Assembly: GCA_050177605.1 (NCBI GenBank)
Contig: JBFXGX010000005.1
Location: forward strand, 22,047 to 86,046
Length of the DNA stretch: 64,000 nucleotides
Origin: Candidatus Izemoplasmatales bacterium
GTDB taxonomy: Bacteria; Bacillota_I; Bacilli_A; Izemoplasmatales; Hujiaoplasmataceae
Direction: 5' to 3'
Position 1 is the first letter of the stretch, and every line of letters begins with the position of its first letter. A program made the position numbers and the translations under genes. The notes beneath the pieces were generated by a model that saw only the letters and a list, made by a program, of their open reading frames with translations, did not search any database and had not been told where the DNA came from. Of this stretch, positions 32,842 through 42,845 are shown one piece after another.

Positions 32842-35800
32842 AATTTATTTTCGTGTTTTTGTTCATATTTTTAATAACCAAGTCAAAAAATTCTGTTGCT
32901 GTAAATAACCAATGTTTTTTCAGTTCAATCGTATCAATTGTAATATGTATTTTTTCTTCCTTGTACGAAAAACGAATATAAGGGGATATTTTATACCCAG
33001 ATGCAAATAAAGTATCTCCTGCGAGGAATTTACTGCCCTCTACGCTAACAATGAATGTAATGTTTGTTTTTGTTTCATGAATTTTTTCAATATCGATGAA
33101 TTTTGTTTGCACTTCGAACAAACGTTCTACCATATAAATATGTAATTCTTCATCAACTTTCCCAAACCTATCTTTTAGTTCATCAAGCAAATCTTGAACA
33201 TCTTCCATGTTCGTGATTGCTTGAATCTTTTTATGCATTTCGATTTTGATGAAGTCATCTTCGATATATACCTGATCAATATATTTTGAAACTCTTGCCT
33301 TAACGCCTTTTGCTGTTTCTTGTTTTTCAGACAATCCTTGCTTTTCTTTAATTTCTTCTTCCAAAATCCGCATATAAAGGTCAATCCCAACTGAATCGAT
33401 GAATCCCGATTGTTCACTTCCTAGCACATCTCCAGCACCTCGTATTGACAAATCTCTAATCGCGATTTTAAATCCACTACCCAACTCTGTGAATTCTTTT
33501 ATTACTTTAAGCCGCTTAACGGCGTCTTCAGTAAGGACTTTTTCTTTTTTGTACATTAAATAGGCATAAGCGATGCGGTTTGTTCTACCTACTCGGCCTC
33601 TGATTTGATACAGTTGTGATAGTCCGAGTCTATCGGCATCGTGTACAATAAGTGTGTTTGCATTCGGAATGTCAATTCCGGTTTCAATTATTGTCGTCGA
33701 CAATAATACATCAATCTCTTGTTCAATAAAATCGTCTACAACCCGTTCAAGCGTATCTTTGTGCATTCTTCCGTGAGCAACTTGAATTCTTGCCTCTGGT
33801 ACTAATTTTTGAAGTTTCGCTGCAATATTATCAATATCTTCAATTTTGTTATAAAGGTAGAAGACTTGACCTCCCCGCATTAATTCTCTTTCAATTGCGT
33901 CTTTGACTAGTATCTCATTGCGTTCTAAGACGTAAGTTTGAATAGGATACCTATTTTCAGGAGCGGTTTCGAGTAAAGACATATTTTTTACACCCATGAT
34001 TGCCATTTGAAGGGTTCTTGGAATCGGCGTTGCGGAAAGAGAAAGAACATCAATCGATACTTTCATCTCTTTAATCCGTTCTTTGTGAAGTACACCAAAT
34101 CTTTGTTCCTCATCAATCACAAGCAATCCTAAATCTTTAAACAAAATATCTTTGCTTAAAATACGGTGTGTTCCAATTAACACATCGATTGTTCCTTCTT
34201 TTATTTTCTTTAAAATCAAAGTTTGTTCTTTTTTGGTCACAAAGCGATTTAATAACGCAACTTGAATGCCATATTTTTCCATACGATCTCTAAAAGTATG
34301 AAAGTGTTGTTTTGATAAAACAGTTGTGGGTGCTAAATATGCAACCTGCTTGTTGTTGAGGACGGCGCGGAAAGCAGCTCGTAAAGCAACCTCGGTTTTC
34401 CCAAACCCGACATCGCCACATAATAATCGATCCATCGGTTTAGATAGTTTCATATCTTGTAAAACTTCAAGAATTGCTTTCTTTTGATCAATTGTTTCAG
34501 AATATGGGAAATCATTCTCAAATTCACGTTCCATATCTGCATATTCAAGAAAAGCAAAACCAGGAGAGTTTTCTCGTTCTGCATACAACTTGATTAATTG
34601 ATCCGCAATATCTTTCGCTTTATCCCTAACACGTTGTTTAGTTTTTGCCCAATCACTTCCACCAAGTTTAGAAAGCCTTGGAACGAACCCCTCACTTCCA
34701 GAGTACTTTTGAATCTGGTGAATAGACTCAAGAGGGATGTATAGTTTATCGCCATCTCGATACTCAAGATGAATATAATCATTCATTACATTTCCTAAAT
34801 CCATCGTCTTGACTTCAAGAAATTTACCAATACCATAATCGTAATGAACAATATAATCGCCAGGCTTTAAATCATGGATTGAAGACAGCCTCTTGCTTGT
34901 CTCAAAAACAGAAACATATCTCCCTTTTTTCTTGATGTTTTTAAGTTGAAAAATCGTCGAATCTGTGATGATATGAAGCTTAAGAACATCACTGTTCAAA
35001 TCAAAATAATGGTCAGACTCAATTAAATTCAAGGCGTTTTTTTGAAACGAAGTTTCATCACTTCTTAACACATAAGGAATCTTGTTTTCATCGAATATCG
35101 ATTTAATTTCAACAAAATTCTTTTTTGATGAAACCGCTATAATTAGCGTATTTCTACCAATTTCAGTTCGAATGTCAGAAACAAACAAATCAAGATTCGA
35201 TCGGTAGGATAAGATTTCTTTTCCAAAGAGTGAAAATTGGTTTTCATAATCTCCCTTATCGGCATAATCAAAGTAATCAACATCTACACGTTTTTGAAAT
35301 TCCATCTCATCAATTGGATAGATTAAATCAAAGCCCATTTTCGGATAATCGCTCGTGGATAAATACCAATCTTTGATTTCTTCAATCATAATTTTTACTT
35401 GTTCTTTTATGCGGTGATTATCCATAAAAAAGACTGTAGGTTTTTCAACATAATCTAAAATTGTAGTTCGTTTTTGAGTTATAAAAGGAATATATCTTGT
35501 TAATCGATCAAGTTCTGTATGGTCTTTAAGATGAGCTAAATCTTGATTGATTTTATCTAATGACTCCTTTGTAAATTCCACTTCATTTATTCTGTTTTTT
35601 ATGTATTTTTCCAATTTTAAGTAATCGTCTTCTTGATAGATGAATTCCGTAAAGGGTATGATTTTAATCTCGCCAACACTTTCAAAAGAGCGTTGGGATT
35701 CAATATCAAATCGTTTAATTGTATCGATTTCATCCCCAAAAAAATCAAGTCTAAATGGATGCTTTTCACCAATTAAATAGATATCAACAATTCCTCCTCG

Positions 35801-36331
35801 AACAGAATAATCTCCAGGTTTTTCGACAGTATATTCTTGTGAGTAACCTAAGTCAAACAATTTTGACATTAAAGTTTCACGGCTGATTTCTCCTCCTGTT
35901 TTCAAGGTGAATATTGCTTCTTTCCATGCGTCTTGTTCAAGTTCCGGTTTCATTAAACCCGCAAGGTGTGTAACTAAAATTCTTGGAGCAGAATCAAATA
36001 TCGTTGCAATAGTAGACATTCTTTCCATTTTAAGTTCCATGGAAGATACTAATAATTCACTTGTGATGAACTCATCTTGAGGAAAGAAAGAAACTTGTTT
36101 ATCATTTAATATCGTAGAAATCTTATCATAGACCATCTGTGCAGAATACAGATTTGGACAGACTAAAACAACATTCTCTTGGTAAGTTAAAAAGTAATGA
36201 AGGATGTATAAAAGCGCATTTTCTTCATTGGTGTTTTTAATATGAACGTTGACCTTCTTTTGATGAATTGATTGATTCAAAGAAGAAATAACTTGATTTT
36301 CATCTAAGAATGTTTGTAGTTTTTTCATCAT
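32840..36331 (-). CDS. mfd: Transcription-repair coupling factor
   Basis: RGGIVDI, FFGDEID, MDRLLCGDVGFGKTE, IDEEQRFG, SATPIPRT, QIRGRVGR, DLSIRGAG; start ATG 36331 or 36328 after GGAGG. Confidence 0.97.
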   Translation of the reverse strand: MMKKLQTFLDENQVISSLNQSIHQKKVNVHIKNTNEENALLYILHYFLTYQENVVLVCPNLYSAQMVYDKISTILNDKQVSFFPQDEFITSELLVSSMELKMERMSTIATIFDSAPRILVTHLAGLMKPELEQDAWKEAIFTLKTGGEISRETLMSKLFDLGYSQEYTVEKPGDYSVRGGIVDIYLIGEKHPFRLDFFGDEIDTIKRFDIESQRSFESVGEIKIIPFTEFIYQEDDYLKLEKYIKNRINEVEFTKESLDKINQDLAHLKDHTELDRLTRYIPFITQKRTTILDYVEKPTVFFMDNHRIKEQVKIMIEEIKDWYLSTSDYPKMGFDLIYPIDEMEFQKRVDVDYFDYADKGDYENQFSLFGKEILSYRSNLDLFVSDIRTEIGRNTLIIAVSSKKNFVEIKSIFDENKIPYVLRSDETSFQKNALNLIESDHYFDLNSDVLKLHIITDSTIFQLKNIKKKGRYVSVFETSKRLSSIHDLKPGDYIVHYDYGIGKFLEVKTMDLGNVMNDYIHLEYRDGDKLYIPLESIHQIQKYSGSEGFVPRLSKLGGSDWAKTKQRVRDKAKDIADQLIKLYAERENSPGFAFLEYADMEREFENDFPYSETIDQKKAILEVLQDMKLSKPMDRLLCGDVGFGKTEVALRAAFRAVLNNKQVAYLAPTTVLSKQHFHTFRDRMEKYGIQVALLNRFVTKKEQTLILKKIKEGTIDVLIGTHRILSKDILFKDLGLLVIDEEQRFGVLHKERIKEMKVSIDVLSLSATPIPRTLQMAIMGVKNMSLLETAPENRYPIQTYVLERNEILVKDAIERELMRGGQVFYLYNKIEDIDNIAAKLQKLVPEARIQVAHGRMHKDTLERVVDDFIEQEIDVLLSTTIIETGIDIPNANTLIVHDADRLGLSQLYQIRGRVGRTNRIAYAYLMYKKEKVLTEDAVKRLKVIKEFTELGSGFKIAIRDLSIRGAGDVLGSEQSGFIDSVGIDLYMRILEEEIKEKQGLSEKQETAKGVKARVSKYIDQVYIEDDFIKIEMHKKIQAITNMEDVQDLLDELKDRFGKVDEELHIYMVERLFEVQTKFIDIEKIHETKTNITFIVSVEGSKFLAGDTLFASGYKISPYIRFSYKEEKIHITIDTIELKKHWLFTATEFFDLVIKNMNKNTKIN

Positions 36332-36405
36332 TACCTCCACGTCGTTTTAGCGAGTCTTGTGGACTCGCTGGGGTATCGCTATTTAATTATGGTTATATTA
36401 TATCA

Positions 36406-37164
36406 CTAGTTTTTCTTTTTTGTTTGTATTTTATACGAGACTTTTAGAATTAGTCCGGTCGGAATAAAACGTAATGCAAACCGCATTAATTTCATCTGTA
36501 CACCTGGAATAATCACTGGTTTTCTCTTAAACATTCCATTGACCGCGACTTTAGCGCAATACTCGGCACTAATACCAGGAAGACCAAAATTATCCGCTTC
36601 AGCAACTTGTCCAAACTCTGTTTTCACTGGTCCAGGACATAATACACTTAATCGTAAGTCTTTCTTTTGTTTTTTTAATTCGTAGTTTACTGCTTGGCTA
36701 AATGAAACAACGTAACTTTTAGAAGCTGCATAAGTCGCAAGTAACGGTGTAGGCAGGAAAGCGGCCATACTTCCTACGTTTAAAATAATCCCTTTTTGCA
36801 TTGATTTTGAATATAACTTTGTTAGCGTATGAAGTCCAATGATATTGAGCGATAACATCTCAATTTCGCTTTCAAGAGGGATGTTCTCAAATCGGCCGGT
36901 CTTTCCAAACCCTGCGTTATTTACAAATATCTCAATAGGATATTCTTTGGTTTCTTCATGAAGTTTATAACAGTTTTCTAGCACTGAAAGATCTTTGACA
37001 TTTACTACAACATCAACTCCATATTGCTTTGAAAGCTCTGTTTTTAGTTCTTCAAGTCTTTCTTTCCTTCGTGCAACTAAAATAAGATCTATTTTCTTTG
37101 CGGCTAATAATCTCGCAATTTCTCTTCCGATTCCGCTACTAGCTCCTGTGATTACTGCGTACAT
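36406..37164 (-). CDS. Short-chain dehydrogenase/reductase
   Basis: ITGASSGIG, NNAGFG, YAASK, LCPGPV. Confidence 0.93.
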   Translation of the reverse strand: MYAVITGASSGIGREIARLLAAKKIDLILVARRKERLEELKTELSKQYGVDVVVNVKDLSVLENCYKLHEETKEYPIEIFVNNAGFGKTGRFENIPLESEIEMLSLNIIGLHTLTKLYSKSMQKGIILNVGSMAAFLPTPLLATYAASKSYVVSFSQAVNYELKKQKKDLRLSVLCPGPVKTEFGQVAEADNFGLPGISAEYCAKVAVNGMFKRKPVIIPGVQMKLMRFALRFIPTGLILKVSYKIQTKKKN

Positions 37165-37183
37165 ATGATCCCTCGATTCATCT

Positions 37184-37957
37184 CTAATTCGTTTGATTTT
37201 TTTTCCTTCTAATTAACATAAATGCTGCGATAATAAACATAATAATACTAATATATTGTGAAGGTGTTGGGAAATTGGAATAAGTCCCCTGAATAATCGT
37301 TAGAAATTCACCACGATCATCACCACGAATAAATTCAATTAAAAATCTCCAAGCCCCATATCCAATTAAATAGACTTCAAATTCGATTCCTTTGAATTTT
37401 TTTGCTTTATTTAAAACAAAGAAGAAGATAAATAAGAAAATTGCTTCAAATAATTGCGTTGGATAGACTGGTATTCCTCCTGATTCTCCATAAGGAAACG
37501 AAACTCCGAGGAATGAATCGGTTGGAATTCCATAACAACATCCTGCAAAAGTACATCCAATTCGGCCAAAAGCATGTGCTAACACAACACCTACAATTAG
37601 CGTGTTAAGAATCGGTTTTAGTTTTGGTTTAAATTTCTTGTTTCCTAAGGTGATTAGTAATAAAAAAGCAACAAGGCCACCAATTAATCCCCCTAAAAAG
37701 GTAATCGATCCAAATGCGGCTTCGCCTTCATGTAAACTGTGAAAAATTCCATCAGACAGCCAACTAAACCCTAAAGCTCCTGCTAAACTTATTGCAATAT
37801 AAATGAGTAACGTGTTCGCTTCTTGTCTTGTAAATCCATCTACTTTTTCGAAACGATCACCAACATAAAGAAGCATAAAAAAGATACCGATGGCAATCAT
37901 TACATTGTAAAGTGGTACATTATAGCCTAAAATATCTGGTAATAAAAATGGGTACAT
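37184..37957 (-). CDS. lgt: Prolipoprotein diacylglyceryl transferase family protein
   Basis: Multi-TM; GRIGC...GCCYG, YPTQLFE, RFLIEFIRGD, SQYIS. Confidence 0.8.
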   Translation of the reverse strand: MYPFLLPDILGYNVPLYNVMIAIGIFFMLLYVGDRFEKVDGFTRQEANTLLIYIAISLAGALGFSWLSDGIFHSLHEGEAAFGSITFLGGLIGGLVAFLLLITLGNKKFKPKLKPILNTLIVGVVLAHAFGRIGCTFAGCCYGIPTDSFLGVSFPYGESGGIPVYPTQLFEAIFLFIFFFVLNKAKKFKGIEFEVYLIGYGAWRFLIEFIRGDDRGEFLTIIQGTYSNFPTPSQYISIIMFIIAAFMLIRRKKNQTN

Positions 37958-38034
37958 GTCTTCCCCTCCTTAATAAAGATTATATCATAAACATTTCTTT
38001 CTTGATTATTTATAATCGGAATAAATTTTCAACT

Positions 38035-38066
38035 AAAAAAATAGCAGACTTTTGGTCTGCTATTTT
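38035..38066 (-). terminator. Terminator after pth
   Basis: AAAATAGCAGAC-TTTTG-GTCTGCTATTTT. Confidence 0.8.
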
Positions 38067-38068
38067 AC

Positions 38069-38626
38069 TTATAACGAATTATATTTAGTCATAATATTAG
38101 AAAATGGTACTTCACGAAAGAAATCATCAATCATTTGGTCAACAGAGATTGCTAGGTCTGATAATTCTTTCAACTCTTGCTTAGAAAAATTACTTAAAAC
38201 TTGTTCTGCAGCATCTGCAAATTGATCTCTATCGATGCCAACACGACAACGTTTAAAGTTTTCAGAACCTAAAGAAGAAATAATCGATTTTAATCCATTA
38301 TGCCCTCCGGCGCCGCCCTTTTCTCTTAATCTAAGTTTAGAAAATGGTAAATCTAAATCATCAGAAATCACCAAAACATCCTCTGGAGCAATATTATAAT
38401 ACTCCGTAAGAGCTCTAACAGAATTTCCTGATAAGTTCATATACGTTTTCGGCTTCAAAAGATAATCTTTCCCGATTTGTAATACTTCACCTTGAAACTT
38501 AGGTTCCTTTTTAAAATGGAGCTTGTTTGCTTTAGCATATTGGTCTAAACAGATAAAACCAATGTTGTGTTTAGACTTTTCATAAGCCTTGCCAGGATTA
38601 CCAAGTCCAACAACTAAGCGAGCCAT
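38069..38626 (-). CDS. pth: Peptidyl-tRNA hydrolase
   Basis: VGLGNPG, HNIGF, KPKTYMNLSG, GGHNGLKS. Confidence 0.97.
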   Translation of the reverse strand: MARLVVGLGNPGKAYEKSKHNIGFICLDQYAKANKLHFKKEPKFQGEVLQIGKDYLLKPKTYMNLSGNSVRALTEYYNIAPEDVLVISDDLDLPFSKLRLREKGGAGGHNGLKSIISSLGSENFKRCRVGIDRDQFADAAEQVLSNFSKQELKELSDLAISVDQMIDDFFREVPFSNIMTKYNSL

Positions 38627-38628
38627 AT

Positions 38629-39249
38629 TTATTTGTTTCTAGGTTTAATCACAACGTAACGATTTGGTTCTTCGCCTTCTGATTCCGTCGTGACATCACG
38701 CCAATCTGCTAATTTTGTATGGATAACTCTACGTTCGTAGGCATTCATTTTGCTTAAACGAACAGCAAATCTAGAATGAGCAACTTCTTTTGCGGTTTTT
38801 GTCGCCAAAATTTCAAGTTGTTTCTTTCTTTGTGCTTTATATCCACCAACATCCACAAGAACCATATAGTGTTCGTCAGTAAAAATATTAATATAGTTTT
38901 TTAGAAGAACTTGGATAGCGTCCAATGTTTTTCCGTTCTTGCCAATTAAAATTGGGTTTTCGTTTGCATCAACAAGGAAAGTGATTTGTTTGTTATCTCC
39001 TGGTCTTGCTTCAACAACAGCTTCAATTTCCATATCTGCAAGAACTGCTTTTAAATACATAATGGAGTCTTTAACAACATCAAATTTTACGCTAGCTTCA
39101 ACGATGTATGTTTTATTTAACCCTAGAATACTTTTCTTTTCTTCTACAATTTCTAAATTGACATAATCTTTATTTACACGAAGTTCTCCCGCTGCATATT
39201 TTAGGGTTGCTTCGTTCATTGCTTTTGCTTCAAATTGAATTGATTTCAT
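38629..39249 (-). CDS. jag: Jag/EloR (KhpB) KH-R3H RNA-binding protein
   Basis: LIGKNGKTLDAIQ, MNAYERRVIH, SEGEEPNRYVVI. Confidence 0.94.
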   Translation of the reverse strand: MKSIQFEAKAMNEATLKYAAGELRVNKDYVNLEIVEEKKSILGLNKTYIVEASVKFDVVKDSIMYLKAVLADMEIEAVVEARPGDNKQITFLVDANENPILIGKNGKTLDAIQVLLKNYINIFTDEHYMVLVDVGGYKAQRKKQLEILATKTAKEVAHSRFAVRLSKMNAYERRVIHTKLADWRDVTTESEGEEPNRYVVIKPRNK

Positions 39250-39259
39250 TTTTCTCCCC

Positions 39260-40366
39260 CTAGAACTGCTTTCTTAATTCTTCTTGTCTTTTATCGGACT
39301 GTCTATGAGAAATATAACTTTGGAATAATTGGTAGGTATTACCAATAATCCAATAGAAGGCGATACCTGCGTTTTGTAACGCAATGGATCCCATCATCAC
39401 AATCATACCATACATAAAAATTTGCATTTGGTTTTGAGTTTTTTGTTGTTGAGGTGATTGATATCTTCTACGTTGATTTTTCTTTTGACGAACTTGCATT
39501 AATTTTTGACTTAAGTACATTGTCCCCACAACGACTAAAGCTAAAGGTAAGTTAGCTAACCAACCTGTGTTTCCTAGGTTTGTCCACAAGAATACAGTGT
39601 TCATATCAATTCCAGATCCACCGAATACCGATGTTTCAGTTACAGGGAATCTTTGAACTACTTGATACATCGCGATAAAGATAGGCATTTGTAATAAAGG
39701 CATCAGACATCCAGCAAAATTGATCTTATATCTTTTATAGATATCCATCATTTCCATTTGTTTTCTTTGTTGAGAAGCTTGATCTGTTCTACCTTCGTAT
39801 TTTTCGTTTAATTTATCTAGTTCAGGTTGAGCTAATTGCATTTTTAATGTCATATCATTACTTTTAGCATAAACTGGCCAAGCTGCAGTTCTTACAACTA
39901 AAGTCATAATTAATAATCCAATCCAATAATAATAACTATCGCCTAATAAACCGAAAAGGTTACTCGCGTGGAAAGTAAAAGAGCCTAGTTGTAATATAAT
40001 CCAATCCCAAACCCCTCCGTTTTCAACAATAGGAGTTTTATAAATCGATTGATAAAGTCCTGTTTGTGTTTTGTTGACAGCATCAAAATCTACAAAATAA
40101 ACTTTAACATCATAATCGGATGAGGTCCACTCTAAAGAACCAGTTCCTGTTGAGTAATTGTATTGTGAATCATCTGTAGCATCGCCAAGTAAAACGATTA
40201 CTTGGTTGGTTGAACTAACATTAGCAATGTCAACCCCTGAAGCAGGAACAACAATAGATGTATAGTTGTTATACGATACTTCTCCTGTTTTCGTTCCACA
40301 CGATACGACACCAAACAATAAGAAAATGCTTAGTGCAATCATTAATAGTTTGTTTTTTTTCATCAT
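39260..40366 (-). CDS. yidC: Membrane protein insertase YidC
   Basis: TLVVR, QPEL, GCLMPLLQMPIF, YWIIGN; lipobox VVSC; lies between rnpA and jag. Confidence 0.93.
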   Translation of the reverse strand: MMKKNKLLMIALSIFLLFGVVSCGTKTGEVSYNNYTSIVVPASGVDIANVSSTNQVIVLLGDATDDSQYNYSTGTGSLEWTSSDYDVKVYFVDFDAVNKTQTGLYQSIYKTPIVENGGVWDWIILQLGSFTFHASNLFGLLGDSYYYWIGLLIMTLVVRTAAWPVYAKSNDMTLKMQLAQPELDKLNEKYEGRTDQASQQRKQMEMMDIYKRYKINFAGCLMPLLQMPIFIAMYQVVQRFPVTETSVFGGSGIDMNTVFLWTNLGNTGWLANLPLALVVVGTMYLSQKLMQVRQKKNQRRRYQSPQQQKTQNQMQIFMYGMIVMMGSIALQNAGIAFYWIIGNTYQLFQSYISHRQSDKRQEELRKQF

Positions 40367-40372
40367 AAATTT

Positions 40373-40708
40373 TTATCCTTCTAATATTTTCGCACGCGCG
40401 AATAGTTTTGTTAATTTTTCTTCAATTTCCTGAAACGAAAGACTGTTTGCCTTTGGTTTTACAATGATAAAGAATTCTAAATTTTGTTGAAATTTGTATT
40501 TTCTTACAATTTCACGAATCCTTCGTTTCATTAAATTTCTTGAAACAGCAATTCCGTACTTTTTTGGAACGCTAACTGCAAAACGAAAATGAGGTAACTC
40601 GGATCCTCTTTTTTTGTAAATTACAAAATAGCCATCGCCGACGCTATCCTTTTGGTTCATTATGATTTCAATTTCAGCGCTTTTTTTTACACGATAAGCT
40701 TTTTCCAT
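40373..40708 (-). CDS. rnpA: Ribonuclease P protein component
   Basis: RFAVSVPKKYGIAVSRNLMKRRIRE. Confidence 0.95.
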   Translation of the reverse strand: MEKAYRVKKSAEIEIIMNQKDSVGDGYFVIYKKRGSELPHFRFAVSVPKKYGIAVSRNLMKRRIREIVRKYKFQQNLEFFIIVKPKANSLSFQEIEEKLTKLFARAKILEG

Positions 40709-40804
40709 TTTTACCTCCTAAAAAAACAAAAAAACCACCAAAAATATAATATTCAGGTGATTACAGGTATCATTATATATTAGGTGTGAAATGATATTTT
40801 GTTT

Positions 40805-40945
40805 TTAACGGTCGGATACAGTTAATGACTTGCGGCCTCTTGCTCTTCTTCTTGCTAATACTTTACGGCCGTTTGCAGTTTCCATTCTTGCTCTAAAACC
40901 ATGTGTACGTGCTCTTTTGATTTTACTAGGTTGATATGTTGGCAT
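40805..40945 (-). CDS. rpmH: 50S ribosomal protein L34 (46 aa, below the ORF-track cutoff)
   Basis: Manual translation [54 protein letters not shown]. Confidence 0.97.
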   Translation of the reverse strand: MPTYQPSKIKRARTHGFRARMETANGRKVLARRRARGRKSLTVSDR

Positions 40946-41308
40946 ATTGGCACCTCCTAACAATTTTATCCAAAAACCATGCTATATCATTATAATTTAT
41001 TTATATCTCTATGTCAACAATTATTCTCTTTAATTACATAATTTTTTTGATAATTATCCACAATTCAAAATCGCTCAATTAGGGCCTCATTTTATCTTAT
41101 AAACCTTTACACATTTCGTGTTGATGGAACGATTTCAACACAATGTGGAAAACTGTGTTTAAGCGCCATATTTAGATATATTTTTTCCACATTTTGATGG
41201 TTGATAAGATTTTTTTAGTAAAAGTTATCCACATAATTTGTGGAAAAGTATTTTCTTCATTTTTTTGAAGTTGTGATATATTATTTATAAGATATAGGGG
41301 TAACGAAA
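40946..41308. other. oriC, upstream DnaA-box cluster
   Basis: TTATCCACA at 41054 and 41225; TTTTCCACA at 41183 and reversed at 41144 and 41239; TTATCCAAA at 40966; lies between rpmH and dnaA. Confidence 0.88.
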
Positions 41309-42688
41309 ATGGAACAATTCGAATTAATCTGGAACAAAATAAAAAATCAACTTCAAATTTCTCTAGATGAAGATGTATATAATGAGCAATTTGCTAATAT
41401 TACAACTGTTTTTAAGGTTGTCAATAATACGGTTTATTTGATCGTACCGAACTCCTTCATCAAAGGTAAAATTGAATCTTTTTATTTGAATCGACTCAAT
41501 GGAATGTTGAATGAATATACTTCTGAAAAGCATATGTTTCGTATTATGACAAAAGATCAAGCTGCAGAAGAATTAGCAAAAGCCAATGTATATGAGATTA
41601 ATACGCCAGAAAAAGATTTGGAAAACAAATACAAAACTGGATTAAATAATATCTATACCTTTGAAAATTTTGTTGTTGGAGCATCCAACCGTCTTGCCTA
41701 CACTAGTGCGATGAAAGTAGCGGATCAACCAGGAGTTTTTGCAAATCCTCTTTATGTTTTTGGTGATGTTGGTCTAGGAAAAACTCATCTAATGCAATGT
41801 GTTGGTAATTTTATTTTAGAAAACGATATAAACAAAAAAGTACTCTACGTAAAAACAGATCAATTCATTGAAGATTATGCAAAAGCTGCTCAAAAGAAAT
41901 CCTTCGATGATTTTTCAAAAAAATATGAAAATGTTGATATTTTACTTGTGGATGATATTCAATTTCTTTCAGGGAAGACACAATCTCAATTAGAATTTTT
42001 CAAAATATTCGAAAAATTAAAAGAATCGAACAAACAAATTGTTATTACTTCAGATCGCCCTGCATCAGAATTATACGATATCATGTCCAGATTAACCTCT
42101 CGATTTGAATGGGGATTGTCTGTTGATATTAATCGTCCAAATTTAGAACATCGTATTCTCATTCTTAAAAAGAAACTTCATGCAGAAACCGCTGATCCTG
42201 ATTTAATTCCTGATGAAATACTAGAATATATTGCAAGTATCTTTGATAATAATGTTAGAGAATTAGAAGGTGCTTTAAAACGTGTATTATTCTATTGTAC
42301 CGCTTTCGATTATAAATTTACAATTTCTAACGCTGAAGAAGCGCTAAAAAATTTAGTAAATTCTAAAAATATATCTAATAAATCGATTGAGATAAGCAAT
42401 TATAATAATATTTTAGATATCGTGTCTTCTTATTATAATATAACTACTTCTGATTTGTTATCGAGCAAAAGAAAAAAGCAATACGTCTTTCCTAGGCAAG
42501 TATCGATGTATATTTTAAAAGAATTGTTTGATTTAACTTATAAGAAAATCGGTCAAATATTTAACGGAAGAGATCACTCTACAGTTATTTATAGTATCGA
42601 ACAGATTTCTAACGATTTGGAGACAGATAAAATCAAGAAAAACGATGTGGAAAAATTGTTATTGAAATGTGGAAAAAAAGCGTCATAA
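41309..42688 (+). CDS. dnaA: Chromosomal replication initiator DnaA
   Basis: YTFENFVVG, GDVGLGKTHL, LLVDDIQF, RLTSRFEWG, NVRELEGAL, GRDHSTV. Confidence 0.98.
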   Translation: MEQFELIWNKIKNQLQISLDEDVYNEQFANITTVFKVVNNTVYLIVPNSFIKGKIESFYLNRLNGMLNEYTSEKHMFRIMTKDQAAEELAKANVYEINTPEKDLENKYKTGLNNIYTFENFVVGASNRLAYTSAMKVADQPGVFANPLYVFGDVGLGKTHLMQCVGNFILENDINKKVLYVKTDQFIEDYAKAAQKKSFDDFSKKYENVDILLVDDIQFLSGKTQSQLEFFKIFEKLKESNKQIVITSDRPASELYDIMSRLTSRFEWGLSVDINRPNLEHRILILKKKLHAETADPDLIPDEILEYIASIFDNNVRELEGALKRVLFYCTAFDYKFTISNAEEALKNLVNSKNISNKSIEISNYNNILDIVSSYYNITTSDLLSSKRKKQYVFPRQVSMYILKELFDLTYKKIGQIFNGRDHSTVIYSIEQISNDLETDKIKKNDVEKLLLKCGKKAS

Positions 42689-42812
42689 ATAGACTTATTA
42701 ACATCAAAAAAAGTATACTTATATCGCGAAATATGGTATAATATAAGTAATGTTTAAGGTTCGTTTTCCGTGTTTTCCACAGCCTTAATAATAACAATAA
42801 TTAAAAAACTTA
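42646..42812. other. oriC downstream part: DnaA boxes, DnaA-trio-like repeats and AT-rich unwinding region
   Basis: TGTGGAAAA at 42646 and 42668, TTATTAACA at 42695, TTTTCCACA at 42773 followed by GCC and TTA-ATA-ATA-ACA-ATA. Confidence 0.8.
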
Positions 42813-42845
42813 AAAGAATGTATAAAATATACAGGAGGTCGTTTT

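Noticed and set aside
40709..42845. parS sites or RNA genes near the origin
   Set aside because: By eye I found no TGTTNCACGTGAAACA palindrome and no tRNA/rRNA-like sequence; a covariance-model scan was not possible.
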